64,000 nt of DNA from a virus, in IMG/VR virus record IMGVR_UViG_3300046804_003780. The stretch is one strand, 5' to 3'. Below the pieces are notes generated by a model. It had not been told where the DNA came from. It did no database searches and saw only the letters and a list, made by a program, of their open reading frames with translations. A program made the translations under genes and the position numbers. Below, one piece after another: positions 40,501-50,411 of the stretch. Every line of letters begins with the position of its first letter. The first letter of the stretch is position 1.

Positions 40501-40887
40501 TACATTTTCAGACGTTGTAATGCTTGTTATCTTTAAAAAACCTTGGGCAGTATTGTTTCTTTTTGGATTGTAATTTACTAGATTGGCTAACTTAATAACA
40601 CTATCTCTGCGTTCTGCTGTATCGATAAAATTTTCACGTGTGTTTAAATCATCACGGAAAGATACAGCTTGACCCATAAAAGCTATTACATCAAGCAAGG
40701 CTATAAATTCACTGCTTTCAACGTAATCGTTGAAAGTTTCAGGATAATATAAACGAAGGTAATCTATAAAACTTTTACGTAAAGTTTCATAATCATAGCT
40801 TTGAAAATTAGCTTGACTATATGTTTTATAGACTGTTTTCCAGTCGTTTACACCAAAAATTGTAGCTTGTCTTGAACTTGTAGCCAT
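37531..40887 (-). CDS. baseplate wedge subunit (T4 gp6-like)
   Basis: FNDYVESSEFIALLD, ENFIDTAERRDSV, FGDG, ES..DIK.RAP...QNRMV..EDY. Confidence 0.85.
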   Translation of the reverse strand: MATSSRQATIFGVNDWKTVYKTYSQANFQSYDYETLRKSFIDYLRLYYPETFNDYVESSEFIALLDVIAFMGQAVSFRDDLNTRENFIDTAERRDSVIKLANLVNYNPKRNNTAQGFLKITSITTSENVIDINGLGLAGIPIFWNDPANPNWLEQFNSVINAALVDAQRIGRPANTQEIANIKTEEYTLKIPSSVLPVIPFNATVGGVTMNFECVSATSIDETYVYEIPPNPKGTFNILYRNDKLGYGSTNSGFFLYFKQGSLVNYDFTLNQQISNQVVPIGEIQGVNNTDTWLYKIDPTTNQLLNWVQVENLYANTYLREQNSRKAVFSVTSRFNDQVNYIFGDGVFSEIPVGSFRAYVRSSNGLQYVIDPVELTNTTLTFSYVSKFNRIETLTLTVELTQPINNAQTRESIADIKARAPVYFYSQNRMVNGEDYNNFPYTLYSSIIKTKALNRTSIGISRNFDLLDPTGKYSSTTSFGDDGALYLNTNDKFYDFNTSEASGSANRLFSNQILEIISNRNLYQYYVVNANRYPINLASGDGVTTWNQTSYDGTVVTGYFKNAGGPVAAGVFNAYNLKYCTPGALIKFVAPSGYYFQNERLVAGAPPSINNTFMWVNVLNVVADGFNGGEGNLYNGLGPVSLSKFVSTGAILDTIIPVFDNILPTPILQLVLDYFENLQSFSLYYVNNLPVNVDRWFVGNYNRPDALIKFESLGSGAYRITSKAITYYFGSVKNTRFTFDSEKIIFDPLSGTLAYDKINVLKTNTTPNSLSILGENFNLNVVGQTVEADGYPDDYSIEVSSLDAKNSSLIDNPDFFTTITGYTFGSTNTSYFVFIETFTDINYLTKNGITEPILINYNYPNKNDVEVVKYEYPIGQIFYAYSENKFYQSVADSTAENIVNLVAVTNYTALTGRQSIFFQYNHLSNNTTRIDPGTTNIIDLYIVTLAYYTTYTNWLKDTTGTVSEPAKPTVEQLTQEYSKVNDYKMMSDTVVFNSVTFKPLFGVKAAPQLQATIKVIKSSLTTASDSEIRAAVLTAMNNYFSIDNWDFGDTFFFSELSAYLHTNLNGLISSAIIVPKDPSLTFGDLYEVRCAPYEIFVNGAQSNDIVIIAAITPEQLQP

Positions 40888-40934
40888 ACTTTTATCTCTT
40901 TTTAATATTTATCAATTCTAAAATTCCACTATTT

Positions 40935-41390
40935 TCAACGGTTATTTAACGACACAAGACCGCTTCCTCTGTCAAAATTAAGTTGTAACAATTGGACTTG
41001 ATTTGTTGCAGATACAGCCATTTCAACTTCCGTTAGAAAACCATTCTCATACGGATAAGTTGTAATTGTTCCTAACACAATCCTAGGATCAAGTGCAGCT
41101 ATTCTACGTATTTCGTTATCTATTTGTATTTGCACTTCAGGGATATTTGGTTCAAATATATATGTCCAAATAGATGTGCCATAAGAAGGTTTGCCAACTT
41201 TTTGTCCTTGCGGAGTGTTCAATGCATTTAAAAAATCTACAATTACTAATTGATCGTCGTAAAGACTAAATTTTTTACTAGGAAACACTGGTGCAACGAC
41301 TGAACCTGGTCCTCCGCTTATACCAGGAGGTATAATAGAAGGTTTTTGAGCATTTGTAAAAAGTGTACTAAAGCCTTTATAAATTACCAT
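40935..41390 (-). CDS. baseplate wedge subunit (T4 gp25-like)
   Basis: LNTPQG...PSYGTSIW.YIFEP...DPRI pattern; size and position. Confidence 0.8.
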   Translation of the reverse strand: MVIYKGFSTLFTNAQKPSIIPPGISGGPGSVVAPVFPSKKFSLYDDQLVIVDFLNALNTPQGQKVGKPSYGTSIWTYIFEPNIPEVQIQIDNEIRRIAALDPRIVLGTITTYPYENGFLTEVEMAVSATNQVQLLQLNFDRGSGLVSLNNR

Positions 41391-41401
41391 AATTTTAATC
41401 C

Positions 41402-44287
41402 TTAACCATATAATTCTTTGTATGCTGATTCTACTGCTGTTTCTAAATTGTCAACCTCACGAATTGAATCTTTATAATCACGTAACGCATTGGTTGCCTG
41501 CAATGAATTACCTCCGTGTGTAGTTACTGCTTCTTTCCATTTTATTTTATTTTCTCGTCTTTGGTTTACTGCAACATCTAATTGCGCCCTTAAATCGTTA
41601 TATTGTTCAAGAACTTCGGCTTTTGGTGGTTTACTTTCTTCGCTGTCTGAGTAAGGTAAAGCAATTCTGCTGTCGTTGTATATTGCTGTGGTGCCTGATT
41701 TAATTGAACTTCTATCAACTGTTTTTGTTGCCGCTGTGGGCATTTTAATTGGGCTTGCTCCATTTGATGCTATAGCCTTACTAGCACTTTCTATTGTTGA
41801 TGAAGTGTCAGCAGGCGCAGATTCTAATGCTGCATTTACTAGTCCCGCTGATGCGACTTGAGAATTATTTAGAGTAGGAAATTGCTGTCCGGTATAAGAT
41901 GAACTAACATTATTACTAATAGCGTTGTCACCACCTTTTAATCCTCCAATTGCACCGCCTGAATTCTGAGTATTTTTACCATTTAAGGCAGCTAAATTTT
42001 GTGGTTTGCCTGCAGACAGTTTGGTATAACTATTTTTAATTGCATTAAAAACAGTAGCGGCACCGCCTAAAATTGCAGCACCAATAGCAGCACCTGAATT
42101 AATTACCGATCCTACCATCGACCCCACTGGACTTACATTTTTTTCTGCCATGTTCGCAGCATAATTTCCAGAAGATATTGATGCAGCAATTGCTCCGTTA
42201 TTACTCTGAGTTAGTGGAGTAATATTTGAACCTGAAACCCCGTTTACATATGAGGTAACTGGACCTATTCCATATGTAGCTGTACTGTTTACTAATCCTG
42301 CAATTTGTGTAGGACTCTCATTACCTCTAATAACTCCTGATCCTTGTAATTGATTATAGCTACTATTCATTAAATTTACTTGAGTAGCTGTCTGCGCTTT
42401 ACTACTTTTGTTGTAGTCATTAACATTTGTAATACCCTCTTTGCCTGTAAACAGATTAGGAGGCATTGCCTGATCTAAAGATTTATTATTTTGTATTAAA
42501 TTATTTGCAACTACACTTGAGCCAGGCTTAAGAACACCGGCATCTTCAAGTTGTTTTGGAGAATGACCTAACTTACCTAATACCGCCGACTTACTTCCAT
42601 TATTTGAGACAATACCTCCACCTGCTAATGATGCAGAACCTTTAATTGGATCTGTTCCTGCATTTACCGCTGCTTGTGACACAACCGCTGACGTAGTTGT
42701 TTTGTTAAAATTACCTTTTGCAGAAGTTGCGTTAGGAACTGTTGATGATATAGAAGGTGTTGTTGTTTTAACTGGAACACTTGATGTTGTTGTATTTGTT
42801 GTTTGTACTGATGCAGGTGGAGTAGATGGTAAATTACTTGACGCTGACTCATCTATTTTTACATCAACACCTTTATTAGCATCTGTCCATGGTGTGTGGG
42901 CAGGTACACGTGAATTAATGCTAGGCAACTTAGAGGGCGCAGGTACCCAACCTTGTGTAGAATCAAATAATGTATCGGTATGCTGTACAATTGGCAAAGG
43001 TTTTACATCTGCAGGAGTAGTTGGGGAACTTCCTGTATTCAAATTAATTTTACTTCCATTTATATATGTAACCGCGTCGCTTTTAAACGATGAATTACTT
43101 TTAGACAAAAAACTCATTGATTGATCAACTTTTACTGTGTGATTTTTCACTGTTTGTTGGCTAAAATTTTCACCAACTCTAACATTGGTATTTTTATCAC
43201 TGTTAACATTTATTTCTTCAGCATAAATGTTTAATTGTTTTTTTGCATTTATGTTGATATTGTTATCTGCATGTAAATTAAGATCACCTTTCGTTCTTAA
43301 ATTAAAACTATTGGTTGCGTAAATATCTATGGTACCCTCTTTACCAAACTCAATATAACTTTGTCCGTTACTGTGTATAATGAAAAGTGTTTGCCCATCA
43401 TCACTCATCGTAATTTGATGACCACCTGCACTACGTATTCTTACTAAATTATTCTGGCCAAACAAATCCCCATCGTCAAAAACTAATGTGTGTCCACCTT
43501 TACGTCCTACTAGTTTGGCTTGTTCAGTTGAAGATGAATCAACATTTTTAGCTAACTCAGTTTCACTACCACCTGACACTCCCTTGTATATTGGTCTACC
43601 AGGTGTTGATATTCCAAAAACTTGTGATGGACTTTCTCTAGTTGAACTGCTTGTAATTGTGCCTCGTATAGGATCTCGTATCAATCCCTGTTGCCAAAGT
43701 TGTGCTCCAACTATTTTATGAACAGGTTTAGCCTGATCGTAAAAGGTAGGAGTATTATATAGTTGGTTATTCTGAATATTCATTTCTACAGTTGGCAAGC
43801 TTGTGGCTCCACCAAACTTAGATGCTTCAGCCTCTTCCATTATGACATCATTGGTTGATCCTATTGCAGGGACCATTGTTGTCACGCCAGGTTGTGGTAT
43901 ACAGCCAATGTAATATCCAAAATCTTTTTTTCCGTATAAAAATAAACAAACCACCTCTGAACCAATATCAGGTGATGTGGCCCAAAAACCATATGAATGT
44001 GGATTTTCTAAAAAAGTACCGTATGAAGAATTATTTGTATTATTTGGAGAATAATCTCCTGGTAAAAAACCATAAAAAGGAGAGAGATAACTGACTGTCA
44101 CCCATGAACTTGAATCATTAGGATCAGTTGCTCCAAAATCTGCTATATAAACCTTAATTCTTCCTGTACGAATTGTGTCAACGTTTTGTTTTACTACCCC
44201 CTTAACAGCGAAGGGATAGGAGATCGATCCGCCTGCATTAGGTTTATATTGTTCAGTAGTACCAGACGTTTTAATTATATTATCCAT
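41402..44287 (-). CDS. baseplate hub/spike protein (gp5/VgrG-like) with long low-complexity C-terminal extension
   Basis: N-terminal OB-like D..RTGRIKV..., PDIGSEV; GHQITMSD and beta-helix region ending GSKINLN. Confidence 0.78.
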   Translation of the reverse strand: MDNIIKTSGTTEQYKPNAGGSISYPFAVKGVVKQNVDTIRTGRIKVYIADFGATDPNDSSSWVTVSYLSPFYGFLPGDYSPNNTNNSSYGTFLENPHSYGFWATSPDIGSEVVCLFLYGKKDFGYYIGCIPQPGVTTMVPAIGSTNDVIMEEAEASKFGGATSLPTVEMNIQNNQLYNTPTFYDQAKPVHKIVGAQLWQQGLIRDPIRGTITSSSTRESPSQVFGISTPGRPIYKGVSGGSETELAKNVDSSSTEQAKLVGRKGGHTLVFDDGDLFGQNNLVRIRSAGGHQITMSDDGQTLFIIHSNGQSYIEFGKEGTIDIYATNSFNLRTKGDLNLHADNNININAKKQLNIYAEEINVNSDKNTNVRVGENFSQQTVKNHTVKVDQSMSFLSKSNSSFKSDAVTYINGSKINLNTGSSPTTPADVKPLPIVQHTDTLFDSTQGWVPAPSKLPSINSRVPAHTPWTDANKGVDVKIDESASSNLPSTPPASVQTTNTTTSSVPVKTTTPSISSTVPNATSAKGNFNKTTTSAVVSQAAVNAGTDPIKGSASLAGGGIVSNNGSKSAVLGKLGHSPKQLEDAGVLKPGSSVVANNLIQNNKSLDQAMPPNLFTGKEGITNVNDYNKSSKAQTATQVNLMNSSYNQLQGSGVIRGNESPTQIAGLVNSTATYGIGPVTSYVNGVSGSNITPLTQSNNGAIAASISSGNYAANMAEKNVSPVGSMVGSVINSGAAIGAAILGGAATVFNAIKNSYTKLSAGKPQNLAALNGKNTQNSGGAIGGLKGGDNAISNNVSSSYTGQQFPTLNNSQVASAGLVNAALESAPADTSSTIESASKAIASNGASPIKMPTAATKTVDRSSIKSGTTAIYNDSRIALPYSDSEESKPPKAEVLEQYNDLRAQLDVAVNQRRENKIKWKEAVTTHGGNSLQATNALRDYKDSIREVDNLETAVESAYKELYG

Positions 44288-44296
44288 TTTATACCT

Positions 44297-46660
44297 TTAA
44301 ACTGCACGGCCCTCTTGATTTACTCGTATAAAGTCTCTTACTAACGTGTCAGATTGTATTGAATCATCATCTACTACACTACTATTATAGGCGGATAGAT
44401 TATCTAGTGCAACATTGTCTCCTACTGTTGAGGTAGCTGGGCTAGCACTTTCATTTGTTAACCTAGTACCAACTGACCGTTGAGTAGGTTGCCAGTATGT
44501 CGCAGGTGTTGACTGCTCTGATTGCAATGATTCATTAATCGGGAATGATTGATTACCAAAGCCAGATATGTTTGTACCTAAGCTTTCCGCTTGATTTTCG
44601 CTAGTTTCTCTTCCCTCACTATTTGTTGAAGATTTTGGTTTAATATTAGGATCGCTCCATAAAACTAAATCTAAGTCTTGTGTAAATCTACCTTTACTGA
44701 ATGAACTAACCACGCTTAATACCATATATACAAGACCTGTAACATTTTCTTTTTTTCTGTATGAATTTTGAGGTATTGAATCAGTATCATAAAAAGTAAT
44801 ATTTTTATTAATTGTCATCAAACCAGTATTAATATTGTAATCAACTCCTTCATAAAAATTGATTTCAATGAAAATTTGTCCGCCCATTGGGTTAATGGCT
44901 AAGTTATCACCATATGCTGCTTCACGCGGAGTACTTGCATTTTTAGCAGTACCGATTGATGTCATCAAATAATCAGGATCTCCCATTATTTGCAACTTAG
45001 CTTTTATTTGATCACCTGGACTGTATAAATTTGTTTTGATTGAACCAACAGGTATTCCTCCCTTTGATGCTTGTGTTTCCATAGAAACATTTTTAATTCC
45101 AGGAACAATTGGAGTATTACTCATCCCGTCGTTTTCTTGTTCCTTTTGATCATCAGAACCACCTGGTAAAAAATACAGAGAATTATAGCTTGTTTCAAAA
45201 TTTAAGACCTCTGTGTTCAATCCTGTAAAATAATAATTATAAATTTTATATGGCCCATAATAATCAGATTTATTTTGAGGATTTACAAAAACTGATTTTA
45301 CGTAGGGTATTCTATATGGAGCTACATAATAGGTTATATCAAACACATAATCATTTCTTTTTTTATCATATCCTTTAGGTTTTACTACTGGATTAATTGA
45401 ATACCAATCAAGTATTTTAGAACCTTGATTTCCTTCCTGAGGTTTATCTTCTAAAATTTCATCTTCAGTGTAAATTGTATCCAATGCTTTAACTACATAC
45501 TCACTCTGTAATATTACATTATCAATAAATTTTGTTAATGTCATTCCACCTGCTACTGCTAAAGTTCTAGTGTTAGGATTATATGTTAAATTTTTTCTAC
45601 TATCCTTTCCACTAATTTGACTACTAGTAGTAGGTGTTCCCATTACGGCTTTTTCTTTATCATATCTTTCTGAAGAAGTTAGCTTTGCAAATTTGATTCT
45701 ATCATCTATGACAATATTATATGTGTTAGTGTAATTAGCTTTTCCATTATTAAATAATTGTTGTTCACGCTCATTTAAAACCTGCACAATACCTTTAGCG
45801 TTTGGATTATCTGCTTCATCTTCATTACCAACTAAAACTTCGCCAACAGTTGTACCTGAAACTTCTCTATCTTCAGGAATCATATTTCTTTTTACACCAA
45901 TAGCTTCTTGTACTGATGTGACTGAAGCTTTAATAGTGTATGTTGTACTTTTACCGTCTAAGCGAAATGAAAAATCTGTAATGGTTAAAGGAAAGAAACT
46001 TGCATTACTACCTATCTTATTTGAAATAGCTCCTTGACCTGTACTTGAGTAGAGTCCAGTTTCACGTCCTGGTATAATTTCTTGTAATGGATTGCCTGCA
46101 TCATCATATCCTAAAAAACTAATAGAGAGAACAAAAAATTGTCTTACACTATCTTTATTATCCTGTATGCCAGGCAAGCTACTTTGTTGTCCTATTTCCA
46201 AAGCTCGTTGTTTTAATACGCTAGTAAAGCTGAAGCCTAAAGGCTCATATATCTTAAATTCAAAATTAATTGAATTTACTGGTGCTTCCATTGCTTTAGG
46301 ATTACAAAATGTCTTAAAAGTTAAATCGTCTATAAAATATTCTGCATTTTCATTTATCCTTGGAGCTTCACTCTGAGATGGGGTTCCACCTGATTCAGCA
46401 ACAGTGTAAAAACCTTCATTGTTTCCTATATTAGTCATACCAGATTCTATGAATCTTGTATAAGCTTCGGACGTTACCATATATAATGTTAACTTGTACG
46501 TGAAGCTAGCAAATTCAGTTAGTGGATTTTTAGGTCTGCCATCATAAAGTGCTAGTAGATAATCATTATCTGCCTGACCAGTGACTACAATAGGATTTTG
46601 TCCAACTGGTTCATCAGCTGGTGCATATCCATCATCCGATACTTGATTTTCATCTGCCAT
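44297..46660 (-). CDS. putative baseplate hub/tail protein
   Basis: Position between gp53-like and gp5-like genes; IMGDPDYL and FSKGRFTQDL motifs. Confidence 0.55.
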   Translation of the reverse strand: MADENQVSDDGYAPADEPVGQNPIVVTGQADNDYLLALYDGRPKNPLTEFASFTYKLTLYMVTSEAYTRFIESGMTNIGNNEGFYTVAESGGTPSQSEAPRINENAEYFIDDLTFKTFCNPKAMEAPVNSINFEFKIYEPLGFSFTSVLKQRALEIGQQSSLPGIQDNKDSVRQFFVLSISFLGYDDAGNPLQEIIPGRETGLYSSTGQGAISNKIGSNASFFPLTITDFSFRLDGKSTTYTIKASVTSVQEAIGVKRNMIPEDREVSGTTVGEVLVGNEDEADNPNAKGIVQVLNEREQQLFNNGKANYTNTYNIVIDDRIKFAKLTSSERYDKEKAVMGTPTTSSQISGKDSRKNLTYNPNTRTLAVAGGMTLTKFIDNVILQSEYVVKALDTIYTEDEILEDKPQEGNQGSKILDWYSINPVVKPKGYDKKRNDYVFDITYYVAPYRIPYVKSVFVNPQNKSDYYGPYKIYNYYFTGLNTEVLNFETSYNSLYFLPGGSDDQKEQENDGMSNTPIVPGIKNVSMETQASKGGIPVGSIKTNLYSPGDQIKAKLQIMGDPDYLMTSIGTAKNASTPREAAYGDNLAINPMGGQIFIEINFYEGVDYNINTGLMTINKNITFYDTDSIPQNSYRKKENVTGLVYMVLSVVSSFSKGRFTQDLDLVLWSDPNIKPKSSTNSEGRETSENQAESLGTNISGFGNQSFPINESLQSEQSTPATYWQPTQRSVGTRLTNESASPATSTVGDNVALDNLSAYNSSVVDDDSIQSDTLVRDFIRVNQEGRAV

Positions 46661-46661
46661 T

Positions 46662-46961
46662 TTATATACCGTAAACTGCTGTTAGTGTTTCTTGTTGTGG
46701 CAAATAAATTTTAACTCCAGTTACAAAATCAAAAAGTGGATCCTGTAATCTGTTTGGATTTCTTTGAGCAAACACCCACCACAATGATGGATTACCATAC
46801 AGATCATATGCTAATAAATCTGGACGTAGATTATAAGTAGGTGTAATTTCCCAAAATAGGTCGTCAGCTTTTTTAGGCAAAGGTCTATCTACCATTATAT
46901 CTAAAAATTGATTATTGACAATATCTGTTAAGTGATAAGGACTTGATGAAGGATAAAGCAT
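46662..46961 (-). CDS. baseplate wedge protein (gp53/LysM-like)
   Basis: RPDLLAYDLYG...LWWVFA..N motif; ATG at 46961 coupled by TAATG. Confidence 0.8.
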   Translation of the reverse strand: MLYPSSSPYHLTDIVNNQFLDIMVDRPLPKKADDLFWEITPTYNLRPDLLAYDLYGNPSLWWVFAQRNPNRLQDPLFDFVTGVKIYLPQQETLTAVYGI

Positions 46962-48328
46962 TACCAAATACCTCCTATATCTGATTTGTTGGAACCAACA
47001 CTCAATCTACCGGATGCATATTGTTTTAAGCTAAATGCATTTGCCATCGCAAATCTTGATATGATTGGTATACAACCTATTTGAATTTGTATTTTTGTAG
47101 GTACATAGGTTGGATTAGAGACCTCTCCCCTTTGGAACACTGGTCTAGACGATCTTGCACCTGGTGTTAAACCTGCATTTTTTAGTCTAAAAAATGAAGA
47201 TAGCAAAGTTCCAATTGATGAGCCTCCTAAAATATTTTTTGGCGTATTAGTTTGAGTTTCAATATTAGTGCCTCCCATATTTGCTATAACACCAGCCTTT
47301 ATATAATCAACATCACTAGGTAAACTGTAAGAAAAGGATGTTATTGCTACCGGATGATAGTTAAATTGATATTGACCAAAACCAGACAAATAGCATAATG
47401 GCGGTGGTGTTCCACGTATTGGGTTTTCATCACCTCCGTAAAACATTTTTGTAACAGACTTAAAAAAATGTATAACTGCTAAAAGATAATTTGCCTCAAA
47501 AGTGTCTTGAGCAGTAAATTCTCCAGATATACTAATTTCGCCTACATTACTATTTTTATACTGATAAATTCTGTAATTGGTATGGGCTACATCAGTTGGT
47601 TCATAGTTGGCATTATATGAAACTGAAACTTGTGGGACATAAGGAAATATAACTCCTTGTGTCGTATTTAAAGGATTTAAAATATGTGATGCACTACGTG
47701 CTTCAGGGTCATTGTATAGGTATGTAGAACCTGGTGCTAAACTTATCCTAAATCTCCAATCCTGTTGAGCTAAAAATTGAGCCTGTTCTCGTTGAACTGA
47801 TTGCTCTTGTGTAGAAATTAATCCACCTAAATTAACTCCCGACGCCGGATCCTCAAGGTTGGCTTGTTTAAAATTAGTTTGTCGGTAGTAATCACTAGTA
47901 ATTGTTGTGCCCTGTGGTTCCACTGAAGGATTTACAGGATTGGCAAAAACATTAAGTTTTTGATCTTCCACCGTAGTAAGTCCTGCTGTTCTTCTAGTTG
48001 GATCGTATACTCCTTCAGGAATCCTAAATCCATTATCTGCTGCTGGTACATAAGGTTGTGTATTGGTTGGACTAGATAAAGTCTGCGGAATTTGAAAATT
48101 AGCTGCAGTTACAAGTGTTCCAGAGGGAGCAAAAATTGTCGTGTTTACATTAGTTGGAGTAGGATTTTCAACCAAATACCCGATAGGTGAGGATCTATAA
48201 TATCCTGCTTCAGTGCTTGAAATACCAGCCTGATTTAATAATTCAGTATTATTTAAATTGGGACTAGATTGACGTAATTCGTTGTACGCCTGTGCTTTAT
48301 CTGGATCATACCCATTGACAAATGCCAT
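46961..48328 (-). CDS. putative baseplate/tail-tube initiator protein
   Basis: GVIFPYVP, GTPPPLCYLSGFG, VAITSFSYSLP..VDY, VPTKI motifs of tube-like baseplate proteins. Confidence 0.55.
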   Translation of the reverse strand: MAFVNGYDPDKAQAYNELRQSSPNLNNTELLNQAGISSTEAGYYRSSPIGYLVENPTPTNVNTTIFAPSGTLVTAANFQIPQTLSSPTNTQPYVPAADNGFRIPEGVYDPTRRTAGLTTVEDQKLNVFANPVNPSVEPQGTTITSDYYRQTNFKQANLEDPASGVNLGGLISTQEQSVQREQAQFLAQQDWRFRISLAPGSTYLYNDPEARSASHILNPLNTTQGVIFPYVPQVSVSYNANYEPTDVAHTNYRIYQYKNSNVGEISISGEFTAQDTFEANYLLAVIHFFKSVTKMFYGGDENPIRGTPPPLCYLSGFGQYQFNYHPVAITSFSYSLPSDVDYIKAGVIANMGGTNIETQTNTPKNILGGSSIGTLLSSFFRLKNAGLTPGARSSRPVFQRGEVSNPTYVPTKIQIQIGCIPIISRFAMANAFSLKQYASGRLSVGSNKSDIGGIW

Positions 48329-48349
48329 ATATTTTTCCTCTTATTTTAA

Positions 48350-48365
48350 TATTTATCGCTAAATA
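48350..48365. promoter_or_regulatory. back-to-back TAAATA late-promoter motifs
   Basis: TAAATA on minus (48355-48350) toward the baseplate block and on plus (48360-48365) toward the gp55-like gene. Confidence 0.6.
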
Positions 48366-48399
48366 ATATGACGTTTTTTACCTTTTCTCGTAAAAAGCC

Positions 48400-48429
48400 T
48401 TGCAAAATCATCAACTTCTCTGTTAAAAT
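48400..48429 (+). promoter_or_regulatory. sigma70-type promoter for the late sigma gene
   Basis: TTGCAA-N18-TAAAAT with extended -10 TG. Confidence 0.6.
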
Positions 48430-48453
48430 AATAACAACTAACTCATAAAAGAC

Positions 48454-49350
48454 ATGACCATTACACCCAAAAAACCTATAAATTACTTAAACAACAAAGA
48501 TATTTTAAAAGAAATACACGCCAGCAAAAACTCATATTGTACATATTTGGATAAACTAAATGATCACAAATACGACTTTATTGTGGATATGCCGCATGCT
48601 AGTATTGAAGAAAGTCTAAAATATGCGGCGAAGCCTAAAATAATAAAAGAAGCAAAAGAAAATAGAGCAGCTAGACTAAGCATAGAAACAGGAACTACAG
48701 TTAATCCTAAGAAAATTTCGAATTCTGATTTGGTGTTTAGAGTCATGACCTGGGATCATATTCCTGTTGCACCTAAGCAACCAAGAAAGGTTGAAAAGAA
48801 AAAATCAGCAAAAGATATATTTGAATTTGAAGATACTACTGAAGATATATTTGTTGATTTGGACGACCCTACTACCAAAGATGAAGTTGATGACATGGTT
48901 CATGTACGTGTCAACTTCCCACCATTTCAACATTTTCGTATGGACGAAAATAAAACCTTTCACTGTATAGGCAAAAGTCATTGGTCGGGTGATATAAAAA
49001 ATGGAGTTTTTAATAAAGATCACGGAAACATCACAGACAAATTAGCAAGAATGTATATCATGTTATGCGAAAAATACGCTATGAAATTCAACTGGCGTGG
49101 GTATACGTACAACGATGAAATGCGTAACAGTGCTATCCTACAACTTACGTATGTTGGATTGAGATTTAACGAAGCAAAATCTCAAAACCCATTTGCATAC
49201 TACACAGCCGCTATCACAAATAGTTTTTGTAGGGTATTAAATTCTGAAAAACGAAATCAAAATATACGTGATGATATACTTGAAATAAACGGATTGAACC
49301 CAAGTTGGAGTCGCCAAAGCAGCGAGGGCTTTTCTACTTATGAGGAATAG
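48454..49350 (+). CDS. late-transcription sigma factor (T4 gp55-like)
   Basis: NYLNNKDIL and NWRGYTYNDEM...FNEAKSQNPFAYYT..I.NSF; T4-like synteny with gp47/gp46. Confidence 0.88.
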   Translation: MTITPKKPINYLNNKDILKEIHASKNSYCTYLDKLNDHKYDFIVDMPHASIEESLKYAAKPKIIKEAKENRAARLSIETGTTVNPKKISNSDLVFRVMTWDHIPVAPKQPRKVEKKKSAKDIFEFEDTTEDIFVDLDDPTTKDEVDDMVHVRVNFPPFQHFRMDENKTFHCIGKSHWSGDIKNGVFNKDHGNITDKLARMYIMLCEKYAMKFNWRGYTYNDEMRNSAILQLTYVGLRFNEAKSQNPFAYYTAAITNSFCRVLNSEKRNQNIRDDILEINGLNPSWSRQSSEGFSTYEE

Positions 49351-49359
49351 CCAATCAGT

Positions 49360-49388
49360 TTGCTTTACTGTTTTAAAATTGTTATCAT
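49360..49388 (+). promoter_or_regulatory. sigma70-type promoter, apparently leaderless
   Basis: TTGCTT-N17-TATCAT with extended TG; ATG only 6 nt downstream. Confidence 0.55.
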
Positions 49389-49394
49389 ACCCGT

Positions 49395-50411
49395 ATGGCA
49401 AATTTATTTAATAAAGCAGCAGTATTCACTGATATACATTTTGGATTAAAATCTAACAGTTTACAACACAATCAAGATTGCGAAAAATTTGTAGATTGGT
49501 TTGTATCTGAAGCAAAAAGTAAAGGGTGCGAGACTTGTTTCTTTTTAGGAGACTACAATCACCATCGTGCTAGCATCAACATTCATACTATGCAGTTTGG
49601 ATTGAGGGCTTTGGAGAAATTAAATGATAATTTTGATCAAGTATATTTTATACCAGGCAATCACGATCTTTATTATCGTGACCGTCGGGACATTCATAGT
49701 ATTGAGTGGGCTAGACATTTACCGAAAGTTAAAATAATAAATGATTGGTATATAACACAAGACGTAGTAATTGCTCCATGGCTCGTACAAGAAGATTGGA
49801 AAAAGTTACAAAAACTAAGTGGAAAATATCTATTTGGTCATTTTGAATTACCAAACTATTTTATGAATGCTATGGTAGAAATGCCTGATCATGGTGAGTT
49901 AAACGATGCTCACATGGTAGGATTTGAAAAAGTTTTTACAGGACATTTTCATAAACGTCAATCAAGACGTAATGTTTGGTATATAGGTAACGCATTTCCA
50001 CACAATTATGCAGATGCAGGAGACGATGCCCGTGGCATGATGATTCTTGAATATGGCGGCGAACCTGAATTTCATAGCTGGCCAAATCAACCTAAATATC
50101 GTGTTTATAAACTAAGTGAAATATTAGAAAACCCCGAAGGACTGTTACTGAAAGATAGTCATGTAAGAGTTCATTTAGACATAGATATAAGTTATGAAGA
50201 AGCAAATTTTATTCGTGAAACATTAATACCACAACATAATTTACGTGAAATGGCATTGATACCAATGAAACTTGATCAACTTTCTAATGATGTTGCTATT
50301 GGTGATTTAAAATTTGAAAGTGTTGATCAAATTGTATTAGACCAAATAGGTGCTATTGAAAGTGACTTTTATGATAAAAAGTTATTGTTAGACATTTACA
50401 GAAATATATGA
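49395..50411 (+). CDS. recombination nuclease subunit (gp47/Mre11/SbcD-like)
   Basis: TDIHFG, LGD, GNHD, FGHFE, GHFH motifs. Confidence 0.93.
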   Translation: MANLFNKAAVFTDIHFGLKSNSLQHNQDCEKFVDWFVSEAKSKGCETCFFLGDYNHHRASINIHTMQFGLRALEKLNDNFDQVYFIPGNHDLYYRDRRDIHSIEWARHLPKVKIINDWYITQDVVIAPWLVQEDWKKLQKLSGKYLFGHFELPNYFMNAMVEMPDHGELNDAHMVGFEKVFTGHFHKRQSRRNVWYIGNAFPHNYADAGDDARGMMILEYGGEPEFHSWPNQPKYRVYKLSEILENPEGLLLKDSHVRVHLDIDISYEEANFIRETLIPQHNLREMALIPMKLDQLSNDVAIGDLKFESVDQIVLDQIGAIESDFYDKKLLLDIYRNI

